A DNA stretch of 64,000 nt from Octopus sinensis (taxonomy: Eukaryota), in assembly GCF_006345805.1 (NCBI RefSeq), contig NC_043000.1, positions 87,234,001-87,298,000 of the forward strand, read 5' to 3'. Positions 13,923 through 28,161 of this stretch are shown piece by piece. Positions within the stretch are counted from its first letter, which is position 1. Every line of letters starts with the position of its first letter. Below the pieces are notes generated by a model. It did not search any database. It saw only the letters and a list, made by a program, of their open reading frames with translations, and was not told the origin of the DNA. A program made the translations under genes and the position numbers.

Positions 13923-15052
13923 GACTGAACTGCAGTCGTGGATCAAAAAGAGGCCGAGGAAGGGCGAATGGCACCGCGAGTGTCGCGTTGCTCTCAAGCA
14001 ACTCTGCCGTCCCGGGTAGACCTTGAGTGACTCCAACACAACCAAAGCATTCTATAGGGGATCAGTGGGGGGGAGGTACGACGACGAGCTCGGGGCGAAC
14101 CTGGACGTCGATGAGGAATGCCTGACCCGCCTGTTCAGGACGACTTTCGGACCAGGGCCCATGGACAACTTCCAGAGATCTATGGCCTGGCAGTGCTACC
14201 GAGAAGCGCTACCCGTTCGAGATAAGCTCTACAGACAAGGCTCTAGAAACACGGGACCAACCTGCCCGAGATGCGGTCAGAGCGACCAAACCGTTCTGCA
14301 CGCACTCGTGCAGTGTCCTACAATTTCCGACCTGTGGGCTTATGTCGAACAACTACTGTCACGTGTGGGACGAGTCGGTTTATCAGCCAAGTCTATCGTC
14401 AATATTGTCACGCCTCCTTCCTTCAAACGGGAAGGAAGAGATATTTTCGTCATCCTTGTGGCTATGGCGAAAGAATGCATCTGGTGGACGCGTCTGAAAG
14501 GATTGGAGACAAACACTTTCCTCTCTGGTCAATCTCTCATCAACTTCTTCAAGTATCACTTGAAAAGGAAAGTGAGAGTAGAGAGTCAAGTTTTGTCTAG
14601 CGAATGTTTAAAAAAAATATGGGTGAATGTAGCAAGGATGGCACGCATGAATGACGAAGCCACCTTGAGCATAATCCTATGAACCCGGGAATTGAAAACA
14701 GGGTTACCCACTTGCAAACAAATGTGGTAACATGTAACAATATTGACCGAGGTTACCGTGGTCTTTTCCGTAGGCTTTTCTTCCCACGGATAAACCTTAT
14801 CTGCTTCCCCCTTTACATCGTACATCATGGCACTGTGATACACGATCCCTAATGATCGTTTTTTTCTTTTACCCTTTTTTCCTTTTTCTTCTTTTTTCTT
14901 TTTTTTTCTCTTTTGTTTCTTTTCCTTTTTTTTCTTCTTTCCCTTTTAGGATCCCTTTTGATCGAAAACCTACCCCATTTTCCCAGAAAAGAAAAGCTCT
15001 ACTTTGTAATCTGTCCCGTCTGTGTGCAGCCCTGTGTGGCTAATAAAGAAAC
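13923..15052 (+). mobile_element. 5'-truncated L1/Tx1-like LINE (ORF2 C-terminal CCHC zinc finger plus 3'UTR)
   Basis: ORF 14023-14682 contains CPRCGQSDQTVLHALVQC; AATAAA at 15042 directly before (TATC)n; paralog at 55617-56288. Confidence 0.85.
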
Positions 15053-15053
15053 A

Positions 15054-15320
<267 letters not shown>

Positions 15321-17209
15321 CGCGCACATAAACAAACTCTCTGACAAGCACATATCTGTAACATATCTCCCCAGTCTATTGTTTCCTCTTCCTGGAAATT
15401 GTCTGTCTCACTCGGATCCTCATGAAGAATGGTTTTATGACCCATAAACGCATTCTTTTTCTCTTTCATTCTCTCATTTGAATTCTGTCACGTTCTACCT
15501 ATCCCCTTTCCTAATAAGTAGTTTTACTTATTTACGCTTTTATTTTTCAACACAGATGCTCTTTATTCATTCACCTATCTTCATACCCACCTCCCATGTA
15601 TATATATATATATATATAAACATTTATCTAAGTCTACTTCATTTCCTACATATGTTTATACATTTTTATATGATAATGCTTTCTGTATATATGTAAATGT
15701 AAATGCTTTGTCAAGTGACATTGCATTTGATTTTGAAGCTCCGCTGAAATCATAAGGTGATAAACAATCTCTCAGCTATGAGTGCATTGCATCTCATAGA
15801 AGAAACACCTGTAAATTAATGAAGTTCACAGCATAATTTCTTATTCCGTTGTCATTTATTTAATCTCTCTCTCTTTCTGTCTGTCTGTCTCTCTCTCTCA
15901 CACACACATTATATATGTATGTGTAGGTATGTGTGTGGGTAGGCGTGCGTATATATGTGTGTGCGTGGTGTGCATGAGCATGTGAATGAGTATGTTTCTT
16001 TATCTTTCAAAATGGGGCGTATAGTGTATAGTATAATGTTTTATTGACATACACGCCCACTCACGAACGCACATACGCACACACATACACAGATATATGC
16101 GTATGTTTATATGGGTGTTTGTAAGAATGCTCAAGCGCATGAATGCCCGTATGTGTAAGTTCACGCGAGATTTATCTGCTTCTATTCAGGTGTATGTATA
16201 GAATGACATACCAATTATCTCCTTTCATAGAGAAAGGACAAATGATTTTGCGTGATTCAACAATATACAATTTTTCACCGGGGGTTTAGAAGACAGTTAA
16301 CGAGAAAATATGAGCAAAATGTCTGCAACATAACATAAATCAGATTTGTAGTTCTGTCTTCCCTTTGGATTCTCAGAAGAATGACTGATTATGACATATG
16401 GAGATATTTTTTTTTTCTTGAGTAGTGGACCTCGAAGCACACTTAAACAAGAATATGTAAATACTGTGTTGAAACCCCCCCCTCACCATTTTGGATAGAA
16501 TTACATGCTATTATTTATACCTTTAAGTGTAATTCGAGATTTACTATTCCAAAAATGAAATATTTTACGTTCTGTAAAATGTTTCTAAAATTCTGAAGAC
16601 ATAAACAATATGAATAATTTACTTTTGCCCAGTTACTAAATTATGTGGAAACCAAAACCAGATACCCGTGGGAGTAATTTATACAGCTTGAAATTTTTAT
16701 AAACAATATATATATATATATATAATATATATAATATATATATATATATATCGCACGCGTGAGCGCGTACGTGTGTGTGTGTGTGTGTTTGTGTGTGTGT
16801 GTTTGTGTGTGTATGTGTGTGTGTGTGTATGTGTGTGTGTCTTTCAGTGAACTGTAAAAGCAACATTTATCGCTAATATTATTAGATTTGCAAATTTTAT
16901 TTCGAATAAGAAAAAATATAAATTCAAAAAAAGTTAGTGAATTTGATAGATCCATGAAATTCAATAATTGTGATTTTAAAAACAAGTCTAATTGATTGTG
17001 TTGATTGTATTGATTGTATTATTTGCACTCAAGATCCGTAACTTTTCAGACGAAGGATAGAAATCAATAAGAATCATGCAATTTAGCAGTTTGATTGGAA
17101 CCAGCATGTTTGAGAAAGTCTTTACCATTCACTATTTCTTTTTCCAATGACATAACACCATTTGAAGGAATTATTGATACAATATATTAATAGCATACTT
17201 TTATTTACT

Positions 17210-17680
17210 TCGTTAAGATTTTCCGTATAGATTCATCTTATATATATCTTGGAATATCTATTATTTTGAGAAACAATAAGATTAGAAGGAAATCAATTCA
17301 GAAAAAAAAAGTCAATAACGTTTATGTCATTTCTGAAAATGATCGTGACTATATACTTCCCAATTTCGGGAGAGAAGACACGAAAACAACATCGGTTGCA
17401 TAAAAAAATTTTGCTTTCATTAAATTGCAATACGTCTAGAAAGCCTACGTAAACAGTTTTTATGAAAAGTTCTTTATCAAATTTGTTGCTTTTTGCCTAG
17501 ATGTATCAAGCACCGTGAACTGGATGGAAAATATTCAAAAATTGATTCGATTTATTCAAAGTAGAAATATTTTTACAAAAATATCCGATATATTATTCAT
17601 GCAATGAAATACTAAACATCCTAGCATGACTGTTGAATGGTTTGAATACCACTTAGAATAACATTCAAAATATAATTCTA
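17210..17680 (+). repeat. Non-coding segment paralogous to 32960-34260
   Basis: Shared AAGATTTTCCGTAT, GAGAAACAATA..GAAGGAAATC, GTGAACTGGATGGAAAATATTCAAAA and CCTAGCATGA blocks in the same order. Confidence 0.85.
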
Positions 17681-18189
17681 AGTCCTTTAAGTAATGCAGT
17701 TGTTATTTGTTAAGATATATTTATTATAATAGTTATGTTATTTTAAGAGACTCCCTGTAGAGAAATAAAAGTTTTTCTCTAAAATGTTTAGGAAAATTGT
17801 TCCGTAAATTCAAATACAATTATAAATACAAAACAGACAGAACCATACGTCTGTCAAATATAATAACGTAATTATGCGAAATGATGTTTTCACATCCATC
17901 ATGCATACATCTTAAAGCAGATAATTTTCCTCGAGAATATCTCTTTTATTATTATATCACTTACAGAATTTGATGTACGTGATATTGTATTAACGAAATG
18001 CGACATATGTAATAACCTTCATAGTGATAGTTAACCATGGATTTAAGAAACCATTACATTTATAGCAAGGGGCTACAGCTAATTACGTTCTTGTGTGAAT
18101 ATATAAAGCATGTGTTGCTTATATGCGAAGATGTGTGTCAGGTACTGAGGTGTGAAAGAGCATAATTAATTCTGAAGCAACTTTAATCC

Positions 18190-19700
18190 TAGTTTACTTA
18201 CCAGCCACATGATTTCGGGTTCAGTCCAACAGGGTGGCACGTTGGATAAGTGTTTTCTCCTATAAAATCGGGCCGACCAAAAACCAAAGCCTTGTGAATG
18301 AAATTGGTGGACAGAAACTGAAAGAAGCCCGTCGTATATATATATATATATCAACAATTGAGGGTAAAATTAATTAATTAATCAATTTCACCAAGTGTTC
18401 AGTATGTAAAAGGACCATTTAAGGCGAATTCAAAATATTACATTATATAATTAGGGCTTAGTAAAATAAATTACTTTGCCACATACTGAACTTAGTAGAA
18501 ATAGCAGCCAAAAAAAAAAAATTTTTCTTAGCATTTCTACTACTTAAAGAAAATTTCTCTCAGATAATGTTTACTCTAGACAGCTCACGAAGGTTTGGGG
18601 GTAAATACAGAAAAATATCACAAGTACATAGATCGTTTGAGTACGTCAACCGTTTCAAGATTAGCCAAATAAAATCAGCATTTCTTTCGTCAGCTCAAAA
18701 TTTCTTAATTGGATTTGGAAACACTAAAAAGAAGGAACTTTACCTATCAGCGAACTTGTCGCTTCAGATGGAACCACTCCAACTAAACAGTGTCAACAAA
18801 TTCAAAATGCGCAGGCGTAAAATTCTGCCAACTCCCCATTCCACCCACGTGTCTATCTAGTAACACATATATTTTAACCGCGAGAACCGGCAGTATGACC
18901 GAGAGAAATGAATTATAATATCAACAATTGAGGGTAAAATTAATTAATTAATCATTTCCACCAAGTGTTCAGTATGTAAAAGGACCATTTAAGGCGAATT
19001 CAAAATATTACATTATATAATTAGGGCTTAGTAAAATAAATTACTTTGCCACATACTGAACTTAGTAGAAATAGCAGCAAAAAAAAAAAAAAAAAAAAAA
19101 TTTGACACTGTTTAGTTGGAGTGGTTCACCTGAAGCGACAAGTTCGCTGATAGGTAAAGTTCCTTCTTTTTAGTGTTTCCAAATCCAAATTAAGAAATTT
19201 TGAGCTGACGAAAGAAATGCTGATTTTATTTGGCTAATCTTGAAACGTTGACGTACTCAAACGATCTATGTACTTGTGATATTTTTCTGTATTTACCCCC
19301 AAACCTTCGTGAGCTGTCTAGAGTAAACATTATCTGAGAGAAATTTTCTTTAAGTAGTAGAAATGCTAAGAAAATTTTTTTTTTTTTTTGGCTGCTATTT
19401 CTACTAAGTTCAGTATGTGGCAAAGTAATTTATTTTACTAAGCCCTAATTATATATATATATATATATATGTGTATGTGTGTATGTGTGTGTGTGTGTGT
19501 GTGTCTGTCTGTCTATCTGTGTCTGTTTGTACCCCCAACACCTGACAACTAGTGTTGGCTTGGTTGCGACCCCGTAGCAAAGTAACCGATGGAATACGTA
19601 CCAGGCTTAAAAACTAAGTATTGGGGCTGATTCGTTCGACTAAAATCCCTCAAAGTGTTGCCCCAGCATGGCCGCAGTCTAATGATTGAAATAAAGATGA
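18190..19700 (+). mobile_element. SINE S1 split by an insertion in its internal (TA)n
   Basis: 5' half (..GAAACTGAAAGAAGCCCGTCGTATATA) ends at about 18345; 3' half (..GTACCAGGCTT..CCAGCATGGCCGCAGTC) resumes at about 19460. Confidence 0.8.
18350..19455. repeat. A-B-C-A-B'-A' tandem plus inverted duplication of a probable PLE tail
   Basis: A at 18350-18510 and 18921-19080; B at 18510-18795 is inverted at about 19100-19390; copies differ mostly by single-base indels. Confidence 0.9.
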
Positions 19701-20152
19701 AATTTACCTGAAAATTTGTTATTATTATATAAGCAATAACTTTATATTTTTATTGGATATAGAATGGAATTCGGTTGTGTTCTTGTCTCTCTCAAAGAAA
19801 TTATCTAAGATAAAAAGAGAAATGGATACACCTGCGTATCGAATTTGCGAGCCGGACTGAACGCATCAGAACATTTACTTCACGGTAGTGTGATAACCAA
19901 ATATAGTGATGACCTACCCAAGAATGTAGGCTTCTCATCGAAATCTGTGAATGTACTGTGGGCATCATCCTTGAAAACATCGTTAAATTGTCTAATCGGA
20001 TACATTTAAAGAATTTCTATTTATGCTGAATATCTAGCATCAGACAGCTTAGTGCAGCTCAGCTCTCATCAAGGAACACCTAGTGTAGTATTTCAAGTTA
20101 TAAACCTAACACTACAAACTACAGGATAACTGTATATTTCAATTTATTTCAG

Positions 20153-20338
20153 TTATTTCGCATTCAGCTTCGTGCTTATCGGAAATGTGATCGAATATTG
20201 GCAGCCCAGACAGACGAGAGTGGAATCAAGGGAGTCTATGACACTATACATTACGTTCCACGAAGAAAGCTTATGCGTAAAATGGGCAAAAAGATAATGG
20301 AAAAAGCCGTGAGAGAAGCTGAAGATATGTTTAACTGA
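20153..20338 (+). CDS. Last coding exon (61 aa) of an unrecognised host gene, paralog A; exon extends to 20440
   Basis: Acceptor ATTTATTTCAG|, open frame LFRIQLRAYRKCDRILAAQTDESGIKGVYDTIHYVPRRKLMRKMGKKIMEKAVREAEDMFN*, donor ACG|GTAAGT at 20441; colinear with paralog B without indels. Confidence 0.8.
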   Translation, partial: LFRIQLRAYRKCDRILAAQTDESGIKGVYDTIHYVPRRKLMRKMGKKIMEKAVREAEDMFN

Positions 20339-20659
20339 TGTCATTTAATAAAGTTTTAGGCAATAAAACGTCATCATATAAATAAGAGCGTCGTTGTCCT
20401 TTAGAGATGAGACATACGTTTTAAGTGAACTTTTATGACGGTAAGTAATAGTACAAAGTGATATGGCGACTGACGAGATGGAACTTATGTCAATGTTGAT
20501 GATATAGATATATTATTATATATATTATATATATATATATATATAAATATATTCGATCAATAATAGTATCAGCGGATTCGTTATGAGGTTAGAGTTTAAG
20601 TATTTCATAAACATCTCACATTAAGGTCATCCAAAGGCCGAGAGTGATCAGATCCGGGA

Positions 20660-21420
<761 letters not shown>

Positions 21421-21672
21421 CTGATTGATGTAAATGCGTTTTTTAATTGAATGAATATAAAACAATATAATACGCATATAAATGGCAAGAGGTATGTCTG
21501 TGTGTGTGTGTATATATATCTACAAACCCCACATACGAACACAAACATATATAGGTATGCATCATCTAAATATATTCACGTATACATACATATGTTTGTG
21601 TCTTTTTAATGCATATATATATACAAGTATTATATCTATCCGTCTATCTATATATTTATATATTGTATGTAA

Positions 21673-21706
<34 letters not shown>

Positions 21707-21735
21707 ATAATATATATATATATAATATATATATC

Positions 21736-21776
<41 letters not shown>

Positions 21777-21790
21777 TATTATAATATAGA

Positions 21791-22082
21791 TATTACTTTA
21801 TAAAAATAGGGTAAAGTAAATTATTTACTTTGCCACATACCGAGCTTTTTAGAAATAGCAGCCAAAAATTTGTCTATTTCTTCTACTGCAAGAAAAGTCT
21901 CCCAGACAATGCTACTCAGAAATACTCACATAGGTATGTGGTAAAGTAAATTATTTTACTTTACCCTATTTTTATAAAGTAATATTTCAATTTCATATAC
22001 CGTAAATGGTCGTTTTACCTACCGAACACTGCTCGGTCAAATTAATTAATAATTAATTAATTTTACCCTTTTTTATTGACAA
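21791..22082. repeat. Fold-back copy of the 18350 tail family
   Basis: ~51-bp inverted repeat at 21791-21841 and 21933-21984; 21933-22082 is the reverse complement of the A-unit type sequence. Confidence 0.8.
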
Positions 22083-22198
22083 TATATATATATATATTAT
22101 CTATATATATCTATATATATATATATATATATTATATATTAATAATATATATATATATATATATATAGCGAGAAAGAAGCAACAAGAATGGATAGGTT

Positions 22199-22289
22199 TT
22201 TTAGTACAATCGTTTCATACAAGGACAGGCTTTATAAAAAGTTGTAAAAATTACAGCATATAAACGTGTCCCGTACTCATCAGCTAAAA
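22199..22289 (-). ncRNA. Type-I hammerhead ribozyme, intact core, extended stem II
   Basis: TTTTAG-CTGATGA-GTACGGGAC..GTCCTTGTAT-GAA-AC-GATT-GT-A/CTAAAA: 6-bp stem I and GUA cleavage site. Confidence 0.85.
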
Positions 22290-23739
22290 TACATGTGAGT
22301 TCTCTAGACATCCTAGTGGTTGAGGCTATACTCATGAAGTAATGTAGATAATTAAGTAACATAACAGATTTCCAAAGTTCATTAAAGTTCTTTAAAGATG
22401 ATGTACAGTCTTATCACAGAATTTTAAAAAAGTTCTAATAGCATCACAGAGAAGGTGACCTATTCCATAGAGCACATATGAAATTCCAGAGATATTATGA
22501 GGGATACTACTCACAGAAACAATTTATCCATTGTTAATCCAACGAGGTGGTCTCAATTCGTGCTTATTAGCATTACAGAGAGGGTGAATTAATCCTTTGT
22601 ATAGATGCACAATTTCCAATGGTTTAGATGTAAGTTTCCAGAGAAATGAAGATGATCTCATATTCACAGGCGATAATTTATCAATGGTTGAACACAATGA
22701 GGTAGGTATCAAAACTTGTTATATGATGATAGGTATTTGCTACAGTAATCACATTACTACTACTGCTATTTACAAGAGGCTGTAGCTATTTAACTTTTAA
22801 TGGCTGAAGGGCTTTCTAGATAGGCCAAGAATAAAAGGGAAGGGAATAGAAGAAAAGAGAGAAGATAAAGGAGGAGGGAGCAAAAAAGGGGGGGGGGAAG
22901 GGGACTAAGAGAAGAGAAAAGGAAAAAGAGAATAAGAAGAAGAAACAAGAAAAAAGAGAAAAGAGAAAGAAATGGGAAAGAAGGAAAAAATAAAAATAAA
23001 AATAAAAAGAGGGTTCTAGTTATACAGACGAATTAGTAGACGGCAAGTCTGGTTTTAATTTACAGGCATCTAGGAACTAGAGGAGAATTATTCTTTGGCC
23101 AATAAAACAGCTAATTTATTGCTGTTGAAATCAGCTATGAATTTAAAGAGAATCTAAAGAGATAACACAGTCAGGGGTTTAGGGATCAGATGCTAAAATC
23201 AAAAGAAAATACATTAGGAAATCTAAGTATAATATTATCAAAAAGTCAATAAAACTTACTTATTTAATTATTTCATTTTATTGTCTTAAGGAGTTGCCGT
23301 TATTATTCATACTTGACGGACTACAGTCAATCTTAGAAGATCATTTACAAGGTGTTAGGGGATTGTCTATCATAATGAAGATAATCATATTATCACCGAG
23401 GGGGTAGCCTTATTTATTTAATTTTGAAATAGAATTATGGGGCTAATAGTATCTCATTTTTATTTTATTAGAGTTATGCTACTTAAATTAGATTAAGTTA
23501 GGAATTAAAATTAAAATTACCAATTAAGATTTAAAATTAAGAATTTAAAAAATTATGAGTTTGAAATTAAATAAAGCCTCAATTAAGCAGCGTATAAGTA
23601 CTATTCATTTCCCTGTTCTCAAAAAACTGATGCAGATATAAGGAAAAGATAACTGTAGTGTGAGAACTCTAGTTATCACTTAAAGCAGTGCTATACTAGT
23701 AGAATCAAGTTATATCTATCCTATCTAGTTACGGATATT

Positions 23740-24230
23740 CTAATCATTTAAAATATTTTAAAGTCTTCAATTTAGCATGGACACAAACTTGACCTAGTTC
23801 GATATGATTATTCAATAAGTTACTATGTCTTCTATGCTTTAGAATTTCATACGTCTCCATGGAGCATAGTTGGCAACCAACCCTACTATTTTTATACGGA
23901 ATTGCTCTCCTAACTATTTCCCAATAAGTTTATAATTTTTATTATTATTTTTTGAGTTCCAGATTTTGCTTGAAAGTGTGGTGGTACCAGCTTTATGACG
24001 TAAATTAAAAGACGAGATGTGATTTCTAACTCTGGCTAGAAAATTAATTGTACATCCAACGTAAAGATATTTGTTATTCTCCGTGGATATGGTACATTTA
24101 TGATTACATTATTTTCCCCACATAGACCAGGTGCCGGCATTTTGATTTTATTCTACACTTACACACAGGAGGAGCAACTTCAGGCTTTGGATTATTCTTG
24201 GGTAGATGTCTTAGGTCCTATTATTTTGAT
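23740..24230 (-). mobile_element. Decayed PLE GIY-YIG endonuclease
   Basis: With frameshift correction: CKCRIKSKC..GLCGENNVIYKCTISTENNKYLYVGCTINFLARVRNHISSF. Confidence 0.75.
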
Positions 24231-24792
24231 TATCATTTCTATAGTTGGTGTTGATATCTAAAGTATTGCTATTTATTATTGATCCTTCAGCTTCATCATT
24301 TAGGTTTAAAGTCCTACCATGATTTCTTATATTATTGGTATGTTACTATTTGTTAGTCTTTATCCGACTGCATATTGCTGTTATAAATATCACTGATATT
24401 TTCATTCTCCTTATTTTCTCCATTAGCCTTATATCTATTATTTCTATTATTAACATTATTACTTCTATTAATATCGGCATGTTATTACTATTTAATGTTA
24501 ATGTTATTATTATTCATTCTGTGGTTACTAATTTCACCTATGTTTCGATAATTACTATGTTGTTTTATTGTTGGTAGTATTATTATAATTGCTATTGGTA
24601 TTCATGTCTGATATTATTATTTTATTTCTATCTTTCCTGGCTAGTTAACTGTTTTTATTATTAATCTTAGCTATTAAAGTGGACATATTTGGGAGGGTTG
24701 AATAAGAAATCCTAACTGTTTTCCTAGATATAATTCTATGATATCTATGAGAGATAGGGAATTTTTTGTATATATAATATATATATATCTAT

Positions 24793-24851
<59 letters not shown>

Positions 24852-24991
24852 CATATATATATCACATTCACCATATACATATATATATACATACATATAC
24901 ATTATGACGCACCACACGCGTAAATGTACACCCACACCCACCCACTCACACACATATTATTAATTATGTTATATGGTACATGAAACATCCG

Positions 24992-25069
24992 CTTACTTGA
25001 GAGTGGAAGTAAAATCCCCAAGATAACCACCAACTAATTTAGGAGTTTTTACTTCCACTCTCTAGCAAG
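24992..25069. repeat. ~23-bp inverted repeat (hairpin or MITE remnant)
   Basis: CTTACTTGAGAGTGGAAGTAAAA versus TTTTACTTCCACTCTCTAGCAAG. Confidence 0.7.
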
Positions 25070-25369
25070 CTGGTGCTTCGTGTTCCCTCCAAGAGTATTA
25101 AGAATTTATTGTATAGCTGTTTAATACTAATATCGCTTCCTGTCACTAATGTTATTGTTATTCTTATTATCAATCCTTTAGATTTGCCCTTGACAATAAT
25201 AATAATAATAATAATAATAGAAATAATAATAATAATACTAATAATAACAATAATAATAATGATAATTTAATAATAATACTAATGATGATGATGATGATAA
25301 TAATAAACAATAATAACCATAATAATAATAATAGTAACAGCTTTATGAGTATTTATCCAAACACAGACA

Positions 25370-25442
<73 letters not shown>

Positions 25443-25496
25443 TATATATACATAGGTATAAACATATAAACAAACTCAAAAATACTTATATATATA

Positions 25497-25535
<39 letters not shown>

Positions 25536-25784
25536 CTTCGAAACGTAGAGTAGATGAAACCATGGTGGAACTGAAGAAGGGTTTTTTTTCTTTGTGTTAA
25601 TTGTCCTGTACTCTATTTTTTGTTGTTTAAAAAAATGTCCAGTTCCTTGGGTTGTGTCTATGTTTTCGTTTCTCATTGTGTTCGACGTTTTTTTGGTGTC
25701 CTGTACTCATATATGCGTGTATATATACATGTAGAAGTAGGTACGTACATATATGTTTATATATATATATATATATATATATAT

Positions 25785-25900
25785 GGCCTGCTCGCTTAGC
25801 CAGCGGGGTGGCGTCATTCAAAGGTTAAAAACAATGCGAACGCATTGTGACCAGCGATGTGTAACAACATCTGATGGTCTGGTCGGCCACGTGATGGTGA
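25785..25900 (+). mobile_element. SINE S3 3' fragment
   Basis: GGCCTGCTCGCTTAGCCAGCGGGGTGGCGTCATT..CACGTGAT, as in 54807-55085. Confidence 0.85.
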
Positions 25901-26350
25901 TGATATATATATTATATATATATATACACACATATATATATGTATGCATGTATGCATATATACATGTGTGTGTGTCTACATACGAAAACATACCGTGTCA
26001 CAGACACAGAAATACACAGCCACACATATCTATATGTAAATTATTCTGATAATCTGTATCTATAAAAGGCAGGATGTGTTTATGTGTGTGTGTGTACGTG
26101 AATGTAATTTATGCACGTCCATAAATTAGCACACATGTCGCTCCAATTTTAGGAGGACATTCGTCACTTCCCTACCTAGGTTTTGTCAACTTATTTTTTC
26201 CCCGAGGCATCCGCGGATAGCGGTAAGAATCTATTTTCAACTATAGCTTTTACCAATTTTGAAGGTTGTTAACATGAGTTAAGTCCCTTCTAGCCATAGC
26301 CAAGAGACTGAGTCTGTGTGAGGGAGAGAGAGAAGTTGTGTGCTGATGTA

Positions 26351-26382
<32 letters not shown>

Positions 26383-26384
26383 GG

Positions 26385-26585
26385 AGAGAGAGTGTTTCAC
26401 AACGTCTAACAAAAAAGTAAGGAAAAAGTATGTGTAAGGCAGAGTGGGAGAGAGTTTGACAGTGTCTAACAAAAAAAAACAAGGTAAAAAAAAGTGGGAG
26501 AGAGGCAGAAAGTTTGACAGCGTTTAACAAAAAAAGGCAAAGACAGAGAGAGAGGGAGGGAGAGTAAGTGACAGCGTTCATAAAA
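26385..26585. repeat. ~60-bp minisatellite, four diverged units
   Basis: Recurrent GAGAG(T)TTGACAG(T/C)GT(C/T)TAACAAAAAA. Confidence 0.7.
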
Positions 26586-27114
26586 AATAAAATGTAAAAT
26601 GTTTTGTTTTTTCTTAAACACGAGGATGTTTTTGAAAGACACTATATCAGATTATATATACTTTTTCACACAACAATTAAAATATATTTACTTAAAAATC
26701 ATTTATTTATTTTAAATCGTTCATCTTTCTCCCCCCCCCCCTCTCTCACACACACATTACTTTGGGCGCAAAAGTTTTGTTTATATTTTATGCCCAGGAA
26801 AAAGTGTTTTGTTAAGAATCCATTTATTTAACAACAAAGAAACAAAGAGGTAGGCAACAATTTGTCAGTGAATTACACAATATAAATGGGTACAATTTCC
26901 GAGGCTTCCACCACACCCCACTCCGTTTTACGGACCACAAAAAAGGTTTTTTCTTAGTGAAAATCGTGCGAGTTTTTAATCTACAAATTTACCAACATGT
27001 TTTCCATTCATTTCTGTTTATGAACATGTATGCGTGCAAAAACATATGCAATAGGTGTACGTACGTACGTGTGTGTATGTGTGTTCGTGTGTGTGTGTGT
27101 GTTGCCCATATATA

Positions 27115-27149
<35 letters not shown>

Positions 27150-27153
<4 letters not shown>

Positions 27154-27273
27154 AATTTCAACGTATTTCGCTGAAATTTGACGTCGATATTACTTAGTTT
27201 GGTTTGAAATAAAGAACTTGATTAACTTAATAATCGTAACTGAATCCCGGGAAAAACCGGGTTATATCGCTAG
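27150..27273 (+). mobile_element. Non-autonomous Helitron 3' end
   Basis: CCCGG-GAAAAA-CCGGG hairpin 8 nt upstream of CTAG|T (27270-27273). Confidence 0.65.
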
Positions 27274-27566
27274 TAATATAATGAAATTTACACTATGTGT
27301 GACAAGGCCACATAATTGCATTATAGATTACGTTTCAACGGATGGGTATACATATCCGACCTAATTGTTGATGGTAAACCTATTTTATTACACCATTTAA
27401 GGCCACTATCTTCTTTCCTTTGGCTAGTTTAAACTTAGTTTACTCTGTTGTACACACACACACGTACAGACTCATATCACCTGTGCGAATTCTTCGATAC
27501 CTATCGTTCGATCGGAAATCTATACGTTTTCCCAATTTGTTTCGTTTTGTATTTTCCCTGTTACAG

Positions 27567-27660
27567 TTAATGTATAACTTTTCTTCTGAATGTGTTCGTT
27601 TTTTTCTTTTGCGTCTGTTGAGTTACACCACGGTGGCATTCATGTTGTTGATATTGTTGG
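27567..27660 (+). CDS. Candidate first coding exon, hydrophobic signal/anchor-like
   Basis: Strong acceptor TTTTGTATTTTCCCTGTTACAG|, ATG at 27570, MYNFSSECVRFFLLRLLSYTTVAFMLLILL, donor G|GTAATC; no independent support. Confidence 0.3.
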
Positions 27661-28068
27661 GTAATCAAAATTGTGTGAAAGTGTTAAAATTGTAATATTC
27701 AGTCGATAAATGTCCAGGAATTTGGGCCTGTTTGCGTACGTTTGTTTTGTTTTTGTTTTTTCTCCGTATTTCATTATGTATTTGTATGTATGTGTGTATG
27801 TATGTACGTATGTATGTATGTATGTATGTATGTATGTATGTATGTATGTATGTATGTATGTATGTATGTATGTATGTATGTATGTATGTATGTACGTATG
27901 AATGCATCTATCTAGGAATCTGTCTGTCTGTCTATCTCTCTCTCTCTACACACATATATATACACACACAAAAGATTAGGATTCAAGTGAACCAGGCACT
28001 TAAATAGTAAGGCACTGGGTCAGGTCAAAATTGAAAGTAACGGTATTGAATCGACATTATCCATTTGC

Positions 28069-28159
<91 letters not shown>

Positions 28160-28161
<2 letters not shown>

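Noticed and set aside
20154-20297. Alternative frame of the paralogous exons giving a signal-peptide-like YFAFSFVLIGNV / YFVLSFVLIGCV
   Set aside because: Stops do not align between paralogs in that frame, whereas frame 1 has aligned stops and synonymous changes.
24700-24765. Hammerhead-like remnant upstream of the decayed PLE
   Set aside because: Core too degraded to support a call.
25530-25590. CCTTCGAAACGTAGAG and a downstream CTGAAGA
   Set aside because: Only the 3' half of a hammerhead remains, and the order of elements does not give a closed fold.
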